Shown here: one piece after another, positions 1 through 12,469 of the stretch | Position numbering within the stretch: the first letter of the stretch is position 1 | Layout of the letters: each line of letters starts with the position of its first letter | Source: Octopus bimaculoides | Taxonomy: Eukaryota | DNA length: 64,000 bases | Direction: 5' to 3' | Assembly (NCBI RefSeq): GCF_001194135.2 | Contig: NC_068981.1 | Location: 31,269,812-31,333,811, forward strand | Program-made: the position numbers and the translations under genes | The notes under the pieces: model-generated | The model's input: only the letters and a program-made list of their open reading frames with translations | Told to the model about the DNA's origin: nothing | The model's database searches: none

Positions 1-16
1 TATATATATATATATT

Positions 17-60
<44 letters not shown>

Positions 61-577
61 TGTGTGTGTGTGTATCTGTGAGCTTGTGCGTCATTGTGTG
101 TGTCTGTATGTTTGTTTGTGTACATGTATTTGTGTATATTAGTGAAGAAAGGGAAACATGTCTGCTGTTACCGTGTTTAGTGATTATGCTGTAAGCGATC
201 AACAACCAGGCGGATAATTTATGCTGCATGATAGCAGGTCAATACATATTCTGCATAACATCAAGCACACGGATGAGTTGTTTTAAGAAAGCATATGTTA
301 CTGTTGTAATTTGAAGGAATGTTTTTTTTTTTAATTTTAATNNNNNNNNNNTACGTAAAAAAAAAAAAAAAACTTATGAAAGTTGAACTTAAATTTAGCT
401 CGAATTCAAAATCATTACAGAGGTGACAGACTCTGATATAATTAACATTAAAGGATGTGATTCAGGACATAATCTAAGACGCAGTAGTATATCTGAATGC
501 AAACATATAAATACATTCGCACACAAGCACACAACCACTGGATGTCTACATAGCTGCTATTGTAATTATATATTATA

Positions 578-794
578 CGAGGAGATGCTTAAATGTCCCT
601 GGTTTTAAGGGTGTTGCAAAAGGTATCGTGGGAGGCCCAAACTTCCGAGTTCTTTTAGAGGGCTTAGAATGACCGAAGGACAGCTGCAATAAGTGCATGA
701 TTCTGAAGGGGGAATATGTTGAATAGGATCATAATTAACTAAACCTCCTGTATTTTCTGTTACCCAAAGCAAGGAACTTTTCAGCACTCCATCG
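578..794 (+). mobile_element. Mariner-derived MITE / deletion derivative (217 bp)
   Basis: TA at both ends; inverted ends CGAGGAGATGCTTAAATGTCCCTGG and CCAAGGAACTTTTCAGCACTCCATCG-like. Interior encodes a mariner C-terminus (LEGLE*PKDSCNKCMILKGEYVE*). Confidence 0.8.
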
Positions 795-1162
795 TATATT
801 CTTATAAGTAAAGTTCTATTTTCATATACACACACGCACCCTCACACTCACATATACATGTATATGTGTGTGTGAGCGTGCGCGTATGTATATACTGGCA
901 GGTATATACATACCTTTGTCCAGGTAAGTCTAGCTGAAGAAGACACATCAAATTTAAGATAACAAACGTATTTGAAGAGTCCAAAACCTTGGTACTAGAT
1001 TATCCGATTCTGTGTTTATCTAATCTTCTTCCTAGAGGTAAGTTGAATTTTTTTTAATTTACTGCCCGTACACATCTTTGCCAGAATATCAGAATATATA
1101 GAGTGAAGCTTTACTATAGCGTCGTAAAATTATCGACTGCTATTTGCAGTAAACGTTGGTAC

Positions 1163-1263
1163 CTTGGCAGACACATTAACACGCCGGGTGGAATGCTTAG
1201 CGGTATTTCATCTGCCTTTACGTACTGAGATCAAATTCCACCGAGGTCGCTTTGCCTTTCATC
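1163..1263 (+). mobile_element. SINE family B 5' half, fused to a family A segment
   Basis: TTGGCAGACACATTAACACGCCGGGTGGAATGCTTAGCGGTATTTC...TTTGCCTTTCATC. Confidence 0.75.
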
Positions 1264-1345
1264 AGTTGTCAAGCGATGTTGGTGAGGACAAGTACAAACA
1301 CACAAACATATACAGACACATACACACACATATATATATATATAC

Positions 1346-1378
<33 letters not shown>

Positions 1379-2213
1379 CATATATATACNNNNNNNNNNN
1401 NNNNNNNNNNNNNNNNNNNNNNNNNNNNNNNNNNNNNNNNNNNNNNNNNNNNNNNNNNNNNNNNNNNNNNNNNNNNNNNNNNNNNNNNNNNNNNNNNNNN
1501 NNNNNNNNNNNNNNNNNNNNNNNNNNNNNNNNNNNNNNNNNNNNNNNNNNNNNNNNNNNNNNNNNNNNNNNNNNNNNNNNNNNNNNNNNNNNNNNNNNNN
1601 NNNNNNNNNNNNNNNNNNNNNNNNNNNNNNNNNNNNNNNNNNNNNNNNNNNNNNNNNNNNNNNNNNNNNNNNNNNNNNNNNNNNNNNNNNNNNNNNNNNN
1701 NNNNNNNNNNNNNNNNNNNNNNNNNNNNNNNNNNNNNNNNNNNNNNNNNNNNNNNNNNNNNNNNNNNNNNNNNNNNNNNNNNNNNNNNNNNNNNNNNNNN
1801 NNNNNNNNNNNNNNNNNNNNNNNNNNNNNNNNNNNNNNNNNNNNNNNNNNNNNNNNNNNNNNNNNNNNNNNNNNNNNNNNNNNNNNNNNNNNNNNNNNNN
1901 NNNNNNNNNNNNNNNNNNNNNNNNNNNNNNNNNNNNNNNNNNNNNNNNNNNNNNNNNNNNNNNNNNNNNNNNNNNNNNNNNNNNNNNNNNNNNNNNNNNN
2001 NNNNNNNNNNNNNNNNNNNNNNNNNNNNNNNNNNNNNNNNNNNNNNNNNNNNNNNNNNNNNNNNNNNNNNNNNNNNNNNNNNNNNNNNNNNNNNNNNNNN
2101 NNNNNNNNNNNNNNNNNNNNNNNNNNNNNNNNNNNNNNNNNNNNNNNNNNNNNNNNNNNNNNNNNNNNNNNNNNNNNNNNNNNNNNNNNNNNNNNNNNNN
2201 NNNNNNNNNNNNN

Positions 2214-2265
<52 letters not shown>

Positions 2266-2844
2266 TGTGCGTGTGTGTGGGTATACATATTCAGAGAGAA
2301 AGGGGATTAACTCCCTGTACAGAACAACAAAATTAGCGCTCTAATAGATAGAGTAACATGAAATATAGAGATTAATAAAAAGCGAACAAATTTCAAGAGA
2401 CAAAATTCATTTCGTCAATATATTTCTCAACATCAGAACACGTCCTAAAAATATATACGTAAAAATAAATATGTAGAGATAGAATAAAATATAAAACATA
2501 AATATACTCGCATGGCATCGTACGAAATAGAATGTCCGTATTTAGAATCAATGAAAAAAATCTATCATACATGCACGGTCAATATTGTGCATTAATCGAA
2601 ATTGTCAAATGGATAAAAGTGTGGTTTTAAATGATTTTAAGAGAAATCCATAGATAAATCCAATGAAAGTTTAAAGTTCTTACGGCCGTTTCAAGAAAAT
2701 GTGGTATGAAATGGGCGAACCATTTCTTTCCATCTCAGTTATCCACATTTCTTTCTTCTTAAATCCTCTTAAGTCATTGCTGCAGAAAGATAGATAGAGA
2801 GTTAAAATGATTGATAGATAGACAATATAGATTGATATGCATCA

Positions 2845-3489
2845 GGGCAGGAGTGACTGTGTAGTTAGTGGCTTGCTTACCAACCTCATGTTCCGGATTC
2901 AGTCCCACTGCGTGGCACCTTGGGCAAGTGTCTTCTACTATAGCCGCGGGCCGACCAATGCCTTGTGAGTGCATTTGGTAGACAGAAATTGAAAGAAGTC
3001 CATCGTATATATATATNNNNNNNNNNNNNNNNNNNNNNNNNNNNNNNNNNNNNNNNNNNNNNNNNNNNNNNNNNNNNNNNNNNNNNNNNNNNNNNNNNNN
3101 NNNNNNNNNNNNNNNNNNNNNNNNNNNNNNNNNNNNNNNNNNNNNNNNNNNNNNNNNNNNNNNNNNNNNNNNNNNNNNNNNNNNNNNNNNNNNNNNNNNN
3201 NNNNNNNNNNNNNNNNNNNNNNNNGTCCTCACGTTGTTGTTTTTTGTTGTTGTTTTTTGTCTTTTTCTTTTTTGTGCGTGTGCTTATATATTTGTGTGTC
3301 TGTGCTTGACAACCGATGGTGGTGTGTTTACATCCCCGTAACATAGCAGTTCGGCAAAAGAATCCGATAGAGTAAATACTAAGGTTACAAAGAATATGTC
3401 CTCGGGTTGAATTTGCTCGACTAAAAAGGTGGTGCTCCAGTATAGCCGCAGTCAAAATGACTGAAACAAGTAAAAGAATAAAAGAATAT
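2845..3489 (+). mobile_element. tRNA-derived SINE, family A (CORE-like motif, internal microsatellite)
   Basis: A/B-box-like head, CACCTTGGGCAAGTG motif, internal (TA)n with an N gap, and tail ...GCAGTCAAAATGACTGAAACAAGTAAAAGAATAAAAGA shared with more than 10 other copies in the window. Confidence 0.85.
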
Positions 3490-3599
3490 AAATTGATAGA
3501 TTTTTGCATACATTTTTAAATTGATAGATATAGTTTAAATGCTAGCTGTATGTAGTCAGTATATGACCCTATCAATGTTAAACGAACATATTCTATCTA

Positions 3600-3695
3600 C
3601 CTCAGAACTCTCTTCGTATTTCACCGAAAGGAATCTTGCTTTTCATCTAGCGAGAGTCAATAAAATAAATACCAGCGGAGAACTGGGTCGACCTC
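3600..3695 (+). mobile_element. Degenerate SINE family B fragment
   Basis: TTGCTTTTCATCTAGCGAGAGTCAATAAAATAAATACCAG...CTGGGTCGAC aligns with the family B body. Confidence 0.5.
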
Positions 3696-4600
3696 GTGCC
3701 TACATAGGGAATCAATATTTATTTACTATATAACTCTTATCAAAATGCAATGAATTGCCATCATAATGTCATTAAAAACATAAGGAACAGATACACAACT
3801 TAAACTAGAATCAAAATATAATTACATTTATGACATACAATAAAAACGAAAGTAGCGGACACACAAAACAGTATTGTTTTATTGTCGTGTCTGTTGGTCA
3901 CGTTCTAAATCGTCTGTCCCCTCCAGGTACTGACTTGATACAATGTGTCGTATCCTCAGTGCATATATTTCTTCGTGGTGTTTCTATCTTACATTTCATC
4001 TCTTTGCTTCTTTATCGTTCAATCTCTATAGCATCTCCCCATCCCCACTCTTTCTATTTCTGTCTTTCTCTTATTTCCATGTTATCTCATATAAACAAAA
4101 GCTATACTTGCGCGCTCACACATATACACACACGCATTCACATGCACACAAATTTTATATGTATATATAAATCATATATCTGTATGCACATATACAGAGG
4201 TATATATATACGCACTTTTATTTAAGTGTATGTATACGCAGACATAGATATACATATACATATATGTACATAAACACGCTCGCGCGCACGCACACACGTA
4301 TCTATGTATATATACAAACAAATGTATATGTGAGTATGCTTATATCAATGAACCACCAAAGTGTGATGATCGCACAAAACACCATATTGGTGAATTCCAA
4401 CCGCACGTTATTTCTATTGGGATAGAGTTTATTTCATCCTATACCTGCCATGTCTTTGTATTGTCTAAGTTAAAAAGTCAACTTGAAATACTGTATAGGG
4501 AGTAGCAAAAACTGGTTAATCTGTCGTCACTTTTTCGAAGAATATTTAAAACTGTATGTTGTAAATAGGCCCCAATATTGTAAAACACTTTCCTGCGGGA

Positions 4601-4975
4601 GGTGTAGGAGTGGCTGTGTAGTAAGAAGCTTGTTTCCCAGACACATGACTTGGGGATCAGTCCCACTGCGTGGAACCTTCGCCAGGTGTCTTAAACTATA
4701 GACTCCGGCCAACAAACCCTCCGGCCAACAAAGCCTTGTGAGTGAATTTGTTAGACGGAAACTGAAAGAAGACCGTCGCATATATGTATATATAAATGTG
4801 TGTCTTTGTGTCTGTGTTTGTCTCCCTAACACCGCTTGACAACCGGTACTGGTACGTTAACGTCCCCGTGATATTGTGGTTCGACAAAAGAGAGTGATAG
4901 AATAAGTATCAGGCTTTTAAAAATAAGTACTAGGGTTGACACATTTAACAAAAAAGTTATTCAATGCGGTGCCAG
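4601..4975 (+). mobile_element. SINE family A copy
   Basis: Same head, centre and tail as 2845-3489; internal 16-bp duplication at 4703-4732. Confidence 0.8.
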
Positions 4976-5124
4976 AAAACTCTTGCCGACTTGCAAACTA
5001 AACCAGTCCCAGAGATGATGTTTTGGTATATAAAGGAACATAACTCTCAACTCAACCCCTGCTCCGTTCGTTTCATCATCCTTTTCACACCAACCTCCCA
5101 AAATAGAGAGCAGTCGCAATATCT

Positions 5125-5237
5125 TATTCCATAGCAGATACCTCAGATGAGCACAGGGTTACATAATCGGACTGTTACCTAACACTCCGTTGAACCCCTA
5201 GTGCGAAACCGATTGGTAAGATCAGCCATAATGGATA
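5125..5237 (+). ncRNA. Degenerate type I hammerhead-ribozyme-like fold (Penelope-like terminal repeat relic?)
   Basis: CAGATGA (5144-5150, one change from CUGAUGA), long stem II closed by GCAC/GTGC, GAAA (5205-5208), stem III ACC-GATT-GGT, GUA triplet (5216-5218), imperfect stem I. Confidence 0.55.
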
Positions 5238-5954
5238 TATAATACTGTATATATATATATATATATATATANNNNNNNNNNNNNNNNNNNNNNNNNNNNN
5301 NNNNNNNNNNNNNNNNNNNNNNNNNNNNNNNNNNNNNNNNNNNNNNNNNNNNNNNNNNNNNNNNNNNNNNNNNNNNNNNNNNNNNNNNNNNNNNNNNNNN
5401 NNNNNNNNNNNNNNNNNNNNNNNNNNNNNNNNNNNNNNNNNNNNNNNNNNNNNNNNNNNNNNNNNNNNNNNNNNNNNNNNNNNNNNNNNNNNNNNNNNNN
5501 NNNNNNNNNNNNNNNNNNNNNNNNNNNNNNNNNNNNNNNNNNNNNNNNNNNNNNNNNNNNNNNNNNNNAGAGAGAGAGAGAGAGAGAGAGAGAGACACAT
5601 GCACGCATTAATTATTAGTGACGGAAGCAGTATTAATACCAAAGCGTAAAATTTATATCCAAATTAACATGGATATCTTCTTAGAACTCCGTATACTGCG
5701 TTATTAGCCTTGAGAGATCCTCTCATAAAGGCGTTTGGTAAATGAAAGCAGACACGTAGATCGTAGCAGACGATAATCGTGTGTCATCCGCACCGGAAAT
5801 TCCATATCACGTGATTTTATTCTACTGGCAATCATCACAGGAAAGCGTTCGGCCATATATTTACATATTTATATAGGTAAAAAATATAAGTAGTCCATGG
5901 CGTTATATAAATATTTCAAGGATTAATATAAAAAAAAATAACCGTGAAATTTAT

Positions 5955-6016
5955 GGAAAATTTGACAAAAACAAGACAAACGGAAAATTTGACAAAATCA
6001 AACAAACAGAAAATTC
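5955..6016. repeat. 27-bp tandem repeat, about 2.3 copies
   Basis: GGAAAATTTGACAAAA at 5955 and 5982; GAAAATT again at 6009. Confidence 0.7.
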
Positions 6017-6481
6017 ATTGCTAATTCCTCATCACTCAACGTCCAAGAAATCTTAGTAGTTTCACACCGTTATCGTTGAGACTACACCTTCATTGGAGGT
6101 GCCGATGCAAAACAGTCACTGGAAGTAGTTAAACGTACAGGACAATGTCGAAAACAAACGAGACAAACTAAAATAATTATAACTATACATATGCAACAAA
6201 AAGAAATTCGATTATAAAACAGACGAATGTGGGTGACGCAAAAGGAAATGGAAAAGTCCTAAACGACTGGAGACACAGGAATTGCAGAATGAAGGAAGAA
6301 ATAAACAAACCGTGGAGAAAAAATGAAGGATCACAAAGAAGCGTGACCGACCAAGACGGAGTCCAAAGGAAGAAGAATGACAGGAGCTTAGATAGACACG
6401 GGTCATGGGATAGTGGGAGGAGAGAGAGAGACGTGGAGAGCAGAAGTATAGAAGAAACAGAGGAGAGTATTAAGAAGGGAA

Positions 6482-6532
<51 letters not shown>

Positions 6533-7662
6533 GAAGGTAAAAGAGAAGCAAAGAAAGGAAAGAAACAAACTTGAGTATCGCACAAAAAATATTTCAAGAA
6601 TATTTTTACAGATAGGTTAAAAGTACTTATGTTTGTTACATAACTATTTCAAGGATTTTTATAAAAAACATAACAACCGGAAATACACACACACAGGCCC
6701 AAACATTTGTATGTACCTAACATCAACCTAAAAACAGTGTTGTTTCTTTTACATCCTCGTAATTTAGCGGTTCGACAAAAAATACACTAAGTTCTGGACT
6801 ACAACAAGTCAAAGAACAAAATAATATACTGACACATACACTCACATATTCGGCTACTTGTATTTTAAGTAAACCATCTTCTGTGCGTTATCATTTCTAT
6901 TACTCGATGTTTTCTGTACAGTTATGAGAGTTTCTCATATTAATATTACATTTGATGTGACATATTCCCAATGGAAAGAGCAATTCTAAAGATAGTTGTG
7001 ACGATGGTAGACTTGTAAGCCTATCAGGTGTTTGGAAGACTTTGAAGGTACAGATATCAAGTAGTGATTAAAGGTAGAAATATATTAAAGCGATTTCACG
7101 TTATTTTAACGAGATGACCTGAACGACACGTCAGTATTTTCGTAGAGTGTTGAATTCTGTCTGTTCTAAGGAGAGAAGGCATTTTCTTTGATACGATACA
7201 AATGAACAAGCTCCCGGCTTATTGTGTAGCATAATAACACAACCATCTGCAGTCTTCGCTAGACAGATAATCTTTTAAAAATACATCTGGACTTCGAAAC
7301 CTGTCTGTAGCCACACCCCGCTGTTATTTTACACTAATTCTACAATTCAAGTCATATATTTATTAAAAAACAAAAAAAAAAAAAATGAAACAGACCTAGA
7401 TTAGAAGGTGTAGGTCATTGAAAGTGGTCACGAATGGTAATGAAAGACTTGGACTAACGTAGCTGATTGATTGGCCGAACGATTAAACAAACAATTGAGT
7501 TATTGATTAATGTTTTTGAATTGACAAAGGATCATAAAGGAAGTAAAATAGAGCCAATACCTGTGTTTATTATTGGCATAATAACGCTTCTGCGATACAA
7601 CAAAAGTATAATTCGTATAGCTCATTGATGTTTTGCATTTTCTTTGGTCAATAATATCGTTT

Positions 7663-7884
7663 TATTCTTTTACTCTTTTACTTGTTTCAGTCATTTGACT
7701 GCGGTCATGCTGGAGCACCACCTTTAGTCGAGCAAATCGACCCCGGAACTTATTCTTTGTAAGCCTAGTACTTATTCTATCGGTGTCTTTTGCCGAACCG
7801 CTAAGTGAAGGGGACATAAACACACCAGCTTCAGTTGTCAAGCAATGTTAGGGAGACAAACACAGACACACAAGCACACACACA

Positions 7885-7927
<43 letters not shown>

Positions 7928-8097
7928 GTACATATATACGACGGACTTCTTTCAGCTTCCGTCAACCAAATCCACTCACAAGGCTTTGATTGGCTCGAGG
8001 CTATAGTAGAAGACACTTCCCCAAGATTCCACTCAGTGGAACTGAACCCAGAACCATGTGGTTGGTAAGCAAGCTACTTACCACACAGCCACTCCTG
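7663..8097 (-). mobile_element. SINE family A copy, full length
   Basis: Reverse-oriented head CCACACAGCCACTCCTG, internal (CA)n/(TA)n, tail TACTCTTTTACTTGTTTCAGTCATTTGACTGCGG. Confidence 0.88.
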
Positions 8098-8130
8098 GTC
8101 ATATCTTTTTAATCATTGCTTTCGATTTTA

Positions 8131-8320
8131 GTACAAGGCCAGCGATTTGAAGGAACGGAGCAAGTCGGTTATGTCGAGGGCAGTATTTAACAGGTATTTT
8201 AATTCATTAACCCAAAAGAATGAAAGACAAAGTTGACCTCGGTAGCAATGAAATCTAAACGTAAAGAAATCCCTGTAAGCATTTTTATCTGGTGCGCTAA
8301 TGACTCCACCAACTCGCTGC
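8131..8320 (-). mobile_element. SINE family B copy, diverged
   Basis: GAATGAAAGACAAAGTTGACCTCGG...TAAGCATTTTT...GCGCTAATGACTCCACCAACTCGC. Confidence 0.65.
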
Positions 8321-8855
8321 ATCATTTCTGCAAATGATAATGAAAGGAAAGTATCTGAGCAATTCAGGATTCATAAATAACTCNNNNNNNNNNNNNNNNN
8401 NNNNNNNNNNNNNNNNNNNNNNNNNNNNNNNNNNNNNNNNNNNNNNNNNNNNNNNNNNNNNNNNNNNNNNNNNNNNNNNNNNNNNNNNNNNNNNNNNNNN
8501 NNNNNNNNNNNNNNNNNNNNNNNNNNNNNNNNNNNNNNNNNNNNNNNNNNNNNNNNNNNNNNNNNNNNNNNNNNNNNNNNNNNNNNNNNNNNNNNNNNNN
8601 NNNNNNNNNNNNNNNNNNNNNNNNNNNNNNNNNNNNNNNNNNNNNNNNNNNNNNNNNNNNNNNNNNNNNNNNNNNNNNNNNNNNNNNNNNNNNNNNNNNN
8701 NNNNNNNNNNNNNNNNNNNNNNNNNNNNNNNNNNNNNNNNNNNNNNNNNNNNNNNNNNNNNNNNNNNNNNNNNNNNNNNNNNNNNNNNNNNNNNNNNNNN
8801 NNNNNNNNNNNNNNNNNNNNNNNNNNNNNNNNNNNNNNNNNNNNNNNNNNNNNNN

Positions 8856-9028
8856 TTTTACGTCCCCGTAACTTAGTGGTTCGGCAAAGAGTCTGACAGA
8901 ATATAGAATAAGTACTACACTTACAAAGAATAAGTCCTGGGATCGATTTTCTCGACGAAAAGGCGGTACTCCAGCATGGCCGCAGTCAAATAACTGAAAC
9001 AAGTAAAAGGAATTAAAGAATAAAAGAA
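8856..9028 (+). mobile_element. SINE family A, 3' half following a gap
   Basis: TTTACGTCCCCGTAACTTAGTGGTTCGGCAAA...GGCCGCAGTCAAATAACTGAAACAAGTAAAAG. Confidence 0.8.
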
Positions 9029-10499
9029 TATGTGTATGTATGTATGTATGTATGTATGGATGGATGGATGGATGGATGGATGGATGTATGGATGTATGCA
9101 TGTATGTATGTATGTATACACACACACGCGTGTCTATGTTTGAGCGCGTGCATGTGTAATAACAACTCAGGTAAGTAATTTATCCGTCTGTGTAGGAGCG
9201 AAATAAAGTTAGTTCTTCTAAATCTAAATTCGATAAACAACGCTATTGTTAATGAAGTACCAGTAATACCCAACACTCTATTATTGTGTCTCCTATTCAC
9301 TGTATCATACAAAAGGTAACCTTGTGCCTTATCAGACGTCGTTTCTTCGCAATTTCGTATTTCAATTTGTACTACGCTTGACACCGATCTTTCTCAATTG
9401 TTCAAACGTGAAGTGAATATATTCGACAATTAATCTCGCCTTAAGCAGAAGATGTCAACGAGTTTGGCAGCGCCATTAAAAATACCTTGAAGATATTTTC
9501 GGCATTTGAGATATAAAATTCATTCACCTCTTACTGACTATTTCCCTTTCTTTTTCTTCCTTTTATTAATTCTCCATTTCATTCTCTCTTACACTTTTGC
9601 TCTCCCTCTCTGTATTCCTTCCTCGCTTCCTCGCCATCTTTCTTTTCATTTTCATCTTCTCAAAAGGGAGACTCGCTAGAGAACTGTCAACTGCCTTTCT
9701 TAATTTCGCTAATCAAAAATAAACACAAGGACACATACATACGCACGCGTGATAGAGTATTCACTTATGCGCTCGCTATCACACACACACACACACACAC
9801 AACCACACATGCACACATACAGAAACACACACATACACACACAAACACTCTCACTTCGAGACATACAAATACATACGCATTTTCATATATAATGGCACAT
9901 ATACACACAACAAACGCGTGTGTATTCATGTGTGTATATGTACATGTGTATGTTAATGTGTGCATGTGCACGTGTGTCTGTGGGTGTTTGTGCATGTGTG
10001 TGTTTGTGTACGTGTGTGTTTGTGCATGTGTGTGTGTGTGTGTGTGCGTGTGTGTATGTGTATGTGTGTGTGTTTTCTCTTTCTGTCTTATTGAATACAA
10101 TGTTGCAACGTGTTTAGTTACGGATAGCTCCTTTGATAACTGAATACTATCTACTGTTATCTCTCTCACTTTGTCTGTCTGCCTGTCTGTCTGTCTCTGC
10201 ATGCATGTATGTATGTATGTATGTATGTAGGTATAGCTCTCTCAATTATTTGCCATTCAATCTTTTCCTTGCTTTCTACGTTTCTACTCTGTCTTCCTCT
10301 CTCTCTTTCCTCGTTCCTGTCTACGTATTTACATTTCTTTTACTGTAATATGTAATACTCACATTACGTATATCTCGTAGTGAGTATCTTCGATTAGAGA
10401 TGAAAGTTATCGGCAAACAAAGCCTCATTTAACTCCTCTCATTTCAACCATGACTCAATTTTGACTGGTAATGATATGACCATCATATGTTTGTGTGGT

Positions 10500-10695
10500 G
10501 CTTGTTTCAGTCGATAAAATACGGCCACGCTAGAGCAACTACTTGAAGAGCTTTAGTCGAATGAATCGACTTTCGTATTTATATTGTATCGATTTCTTTT
10601 CCGGAACAGCTAAGTTACGTGGGCGTAAACACACCAGCACCGGTTATCAAGCGGTGGTGTGGGACAACACAATCACAAAGACACACAGACACACA

Positions 10696-10736
<41 letters not shown>

Positions 10737-10905
10737 ACACACACGCACACACAGAAAAAAGACGGGTTCCTTTCAGTGCCCTCTTCGAAATTCTATCAGC
10801 GTTGGTCGGCCCAGAGATATATATGGTCGGTCCAGAGGTATATATGGTCGAGCCAGAGATGTATACGTCCAAGATGCCACTCTGTGAAACTGAAACCGGA
10901 ACAGT
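10500..10905 (-). mobile_element. SINE family A copy, diverged
   Basis: Family tail and centre recognisable; internal (CA)n; a 21-bp unit is triplicated at 10804-10866. Confidence 0.75.
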
Positions 10906-11235
10906 TGAATATAGTACTATAGTCATCCATTTAATGAAGTAAAGATACACGCACGCACACACCTACACAAACACGAACAGAGAGACATATCTGTGATGAG
11001 TATAGCTATATGAGATACACGTTCCAACAGCAATTTCCAAAGAAACTTTTATATTGCACATGCATATAATCATTTATCTTGATTTTGTGAGCTTTCCTTT
11101 GTCTGAAAATGGCGTCCATATTCAGGCAATTCTCAGCCCTAAATTCGTCATAGTTGTATATAAGGCTTCAACAAGTAGTATAGCACTCGATTAACTAAGA
11201 GATTAAAGATATTACAATAATAAAAGCCACAAATC

Positions 11236-11421
11236 TTGTGAAATACAGCTACCCGCGGTTCCCTGGTCGGAATATGAATTTATTTCACCAATATTCAAGC
11301 TGATAAAAAAACAATAATAAAACAAGACGGCTTCACAATCCGTCTTGCTTTTATCAGCTTGAAAAATGGCGAAATAAATTAATATATCCACCAGCACACC
11401 TTAGGCAGCTGTATTTTGCAA
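11236..11421. repeat. 186-bp imperfect foldback palindrome (MITE-like)
   Basis: Left arm TTGTGAAATACAGCTACC...GAATTTATTTCACCAATATTCAAGCTGATAAAA...CAAGACGG is mirrored by CCGTCTTGCTTTTATCAGCTTGAAAAATGGCGAAATAAATT...GGCAGCTGTATTTTGCAA. Loop about 10 nt. Confidence 0.8.
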
Positions 11422-11422
11422 C

Positions 11423-11457
<35 letters not shown>

Positions 11458-12030
11458 GATGATGCTGTTGTTGTTATCATCACACACACACACAGACACA
11501 CACACACACACATGTATGTGTATGTTTGCAACATCGCTTGCGGCCGTGATACGTCACGTCTGCTGAAACCGTACACCTGCACTGACCTGTACAGCAGAGC
11601 AACGCTTCTAATTTGAACCACATTAAACTAAAATAATGCTGTACATACAAAATCTAACAATGTGGTCGTTACGATGTTTGATAACTAGCAGTCAAGTCGC
11701 CCTGAAATCATACACTACCGTTTTAAAACTGAAGTACGTACTGTACATTTGTAGTTCGGGGTACTTTATGCCCGAAAAAATATGATACGGTTACTTTTTG
11801 TAATAGGGTTGTTGCTGCTACTGTTGCTGCGGCTACTACTACCGAAGAAAAAACGCTATAAGCAGTTGAATACCATCCATACTGTTTCCTCTCTGCCCTA
11901 GCGTTTTGTATTGCATATTTTTTAATGTAATTTATTGGAGAGGCTTTATCGAAGTTCAAATCTTGCTCGAGTCAAATTTAACTTTTATTCTACGGTGTCG
12001 AATATAGCATTTCTCCTTTAGTGTGGCCGA

Positions 12031-12031
<1 letters not shown>

Positions 12032-12063
<32 letters not shown>

Positions 12064-12163
12064 CTTCTTCTTCTTCTTCTTCTTCTTCTTCTTCTTCTTC
12101 TTCTTCTTCTTCTTCTTCTTCTTCTTCTTCTTCTTCTTCTTCTTCTTCTTCTTCTTCTTCTTC
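12032..12163. repeat. Compound trinucleotide microsatellite (GTT)n(CTT)n
   Basis: Read directly from the sequence. Confidence 0.97.
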
Positions 12164-12469
12164 AATAGTCCAGCCATGTCACAAACTGTGATACCGATTT
12201 CACCTGAGAGTTACGTTAACAATTCTGGGTGTTTGTGAAGTACTTGAAAATTTTAATTTCAGGTGCACAAATGTAGTTGATCAGATCAAACAGTCGAATA
12301 CCTCCATTACAAAAAGATTCCCTCACCTGGTTCCTTTTCTTGGTTTCTTTTTCCTACCACTTTCAGAGTGCGTCTCATTTCAAACCCAGCAAGGAAAAAT
12401 TTGTCCTTATTTTTTTGTCCTAGAATTTTTACTATATGAATCTTCACACACACTCTCTCCCTCTCTATT

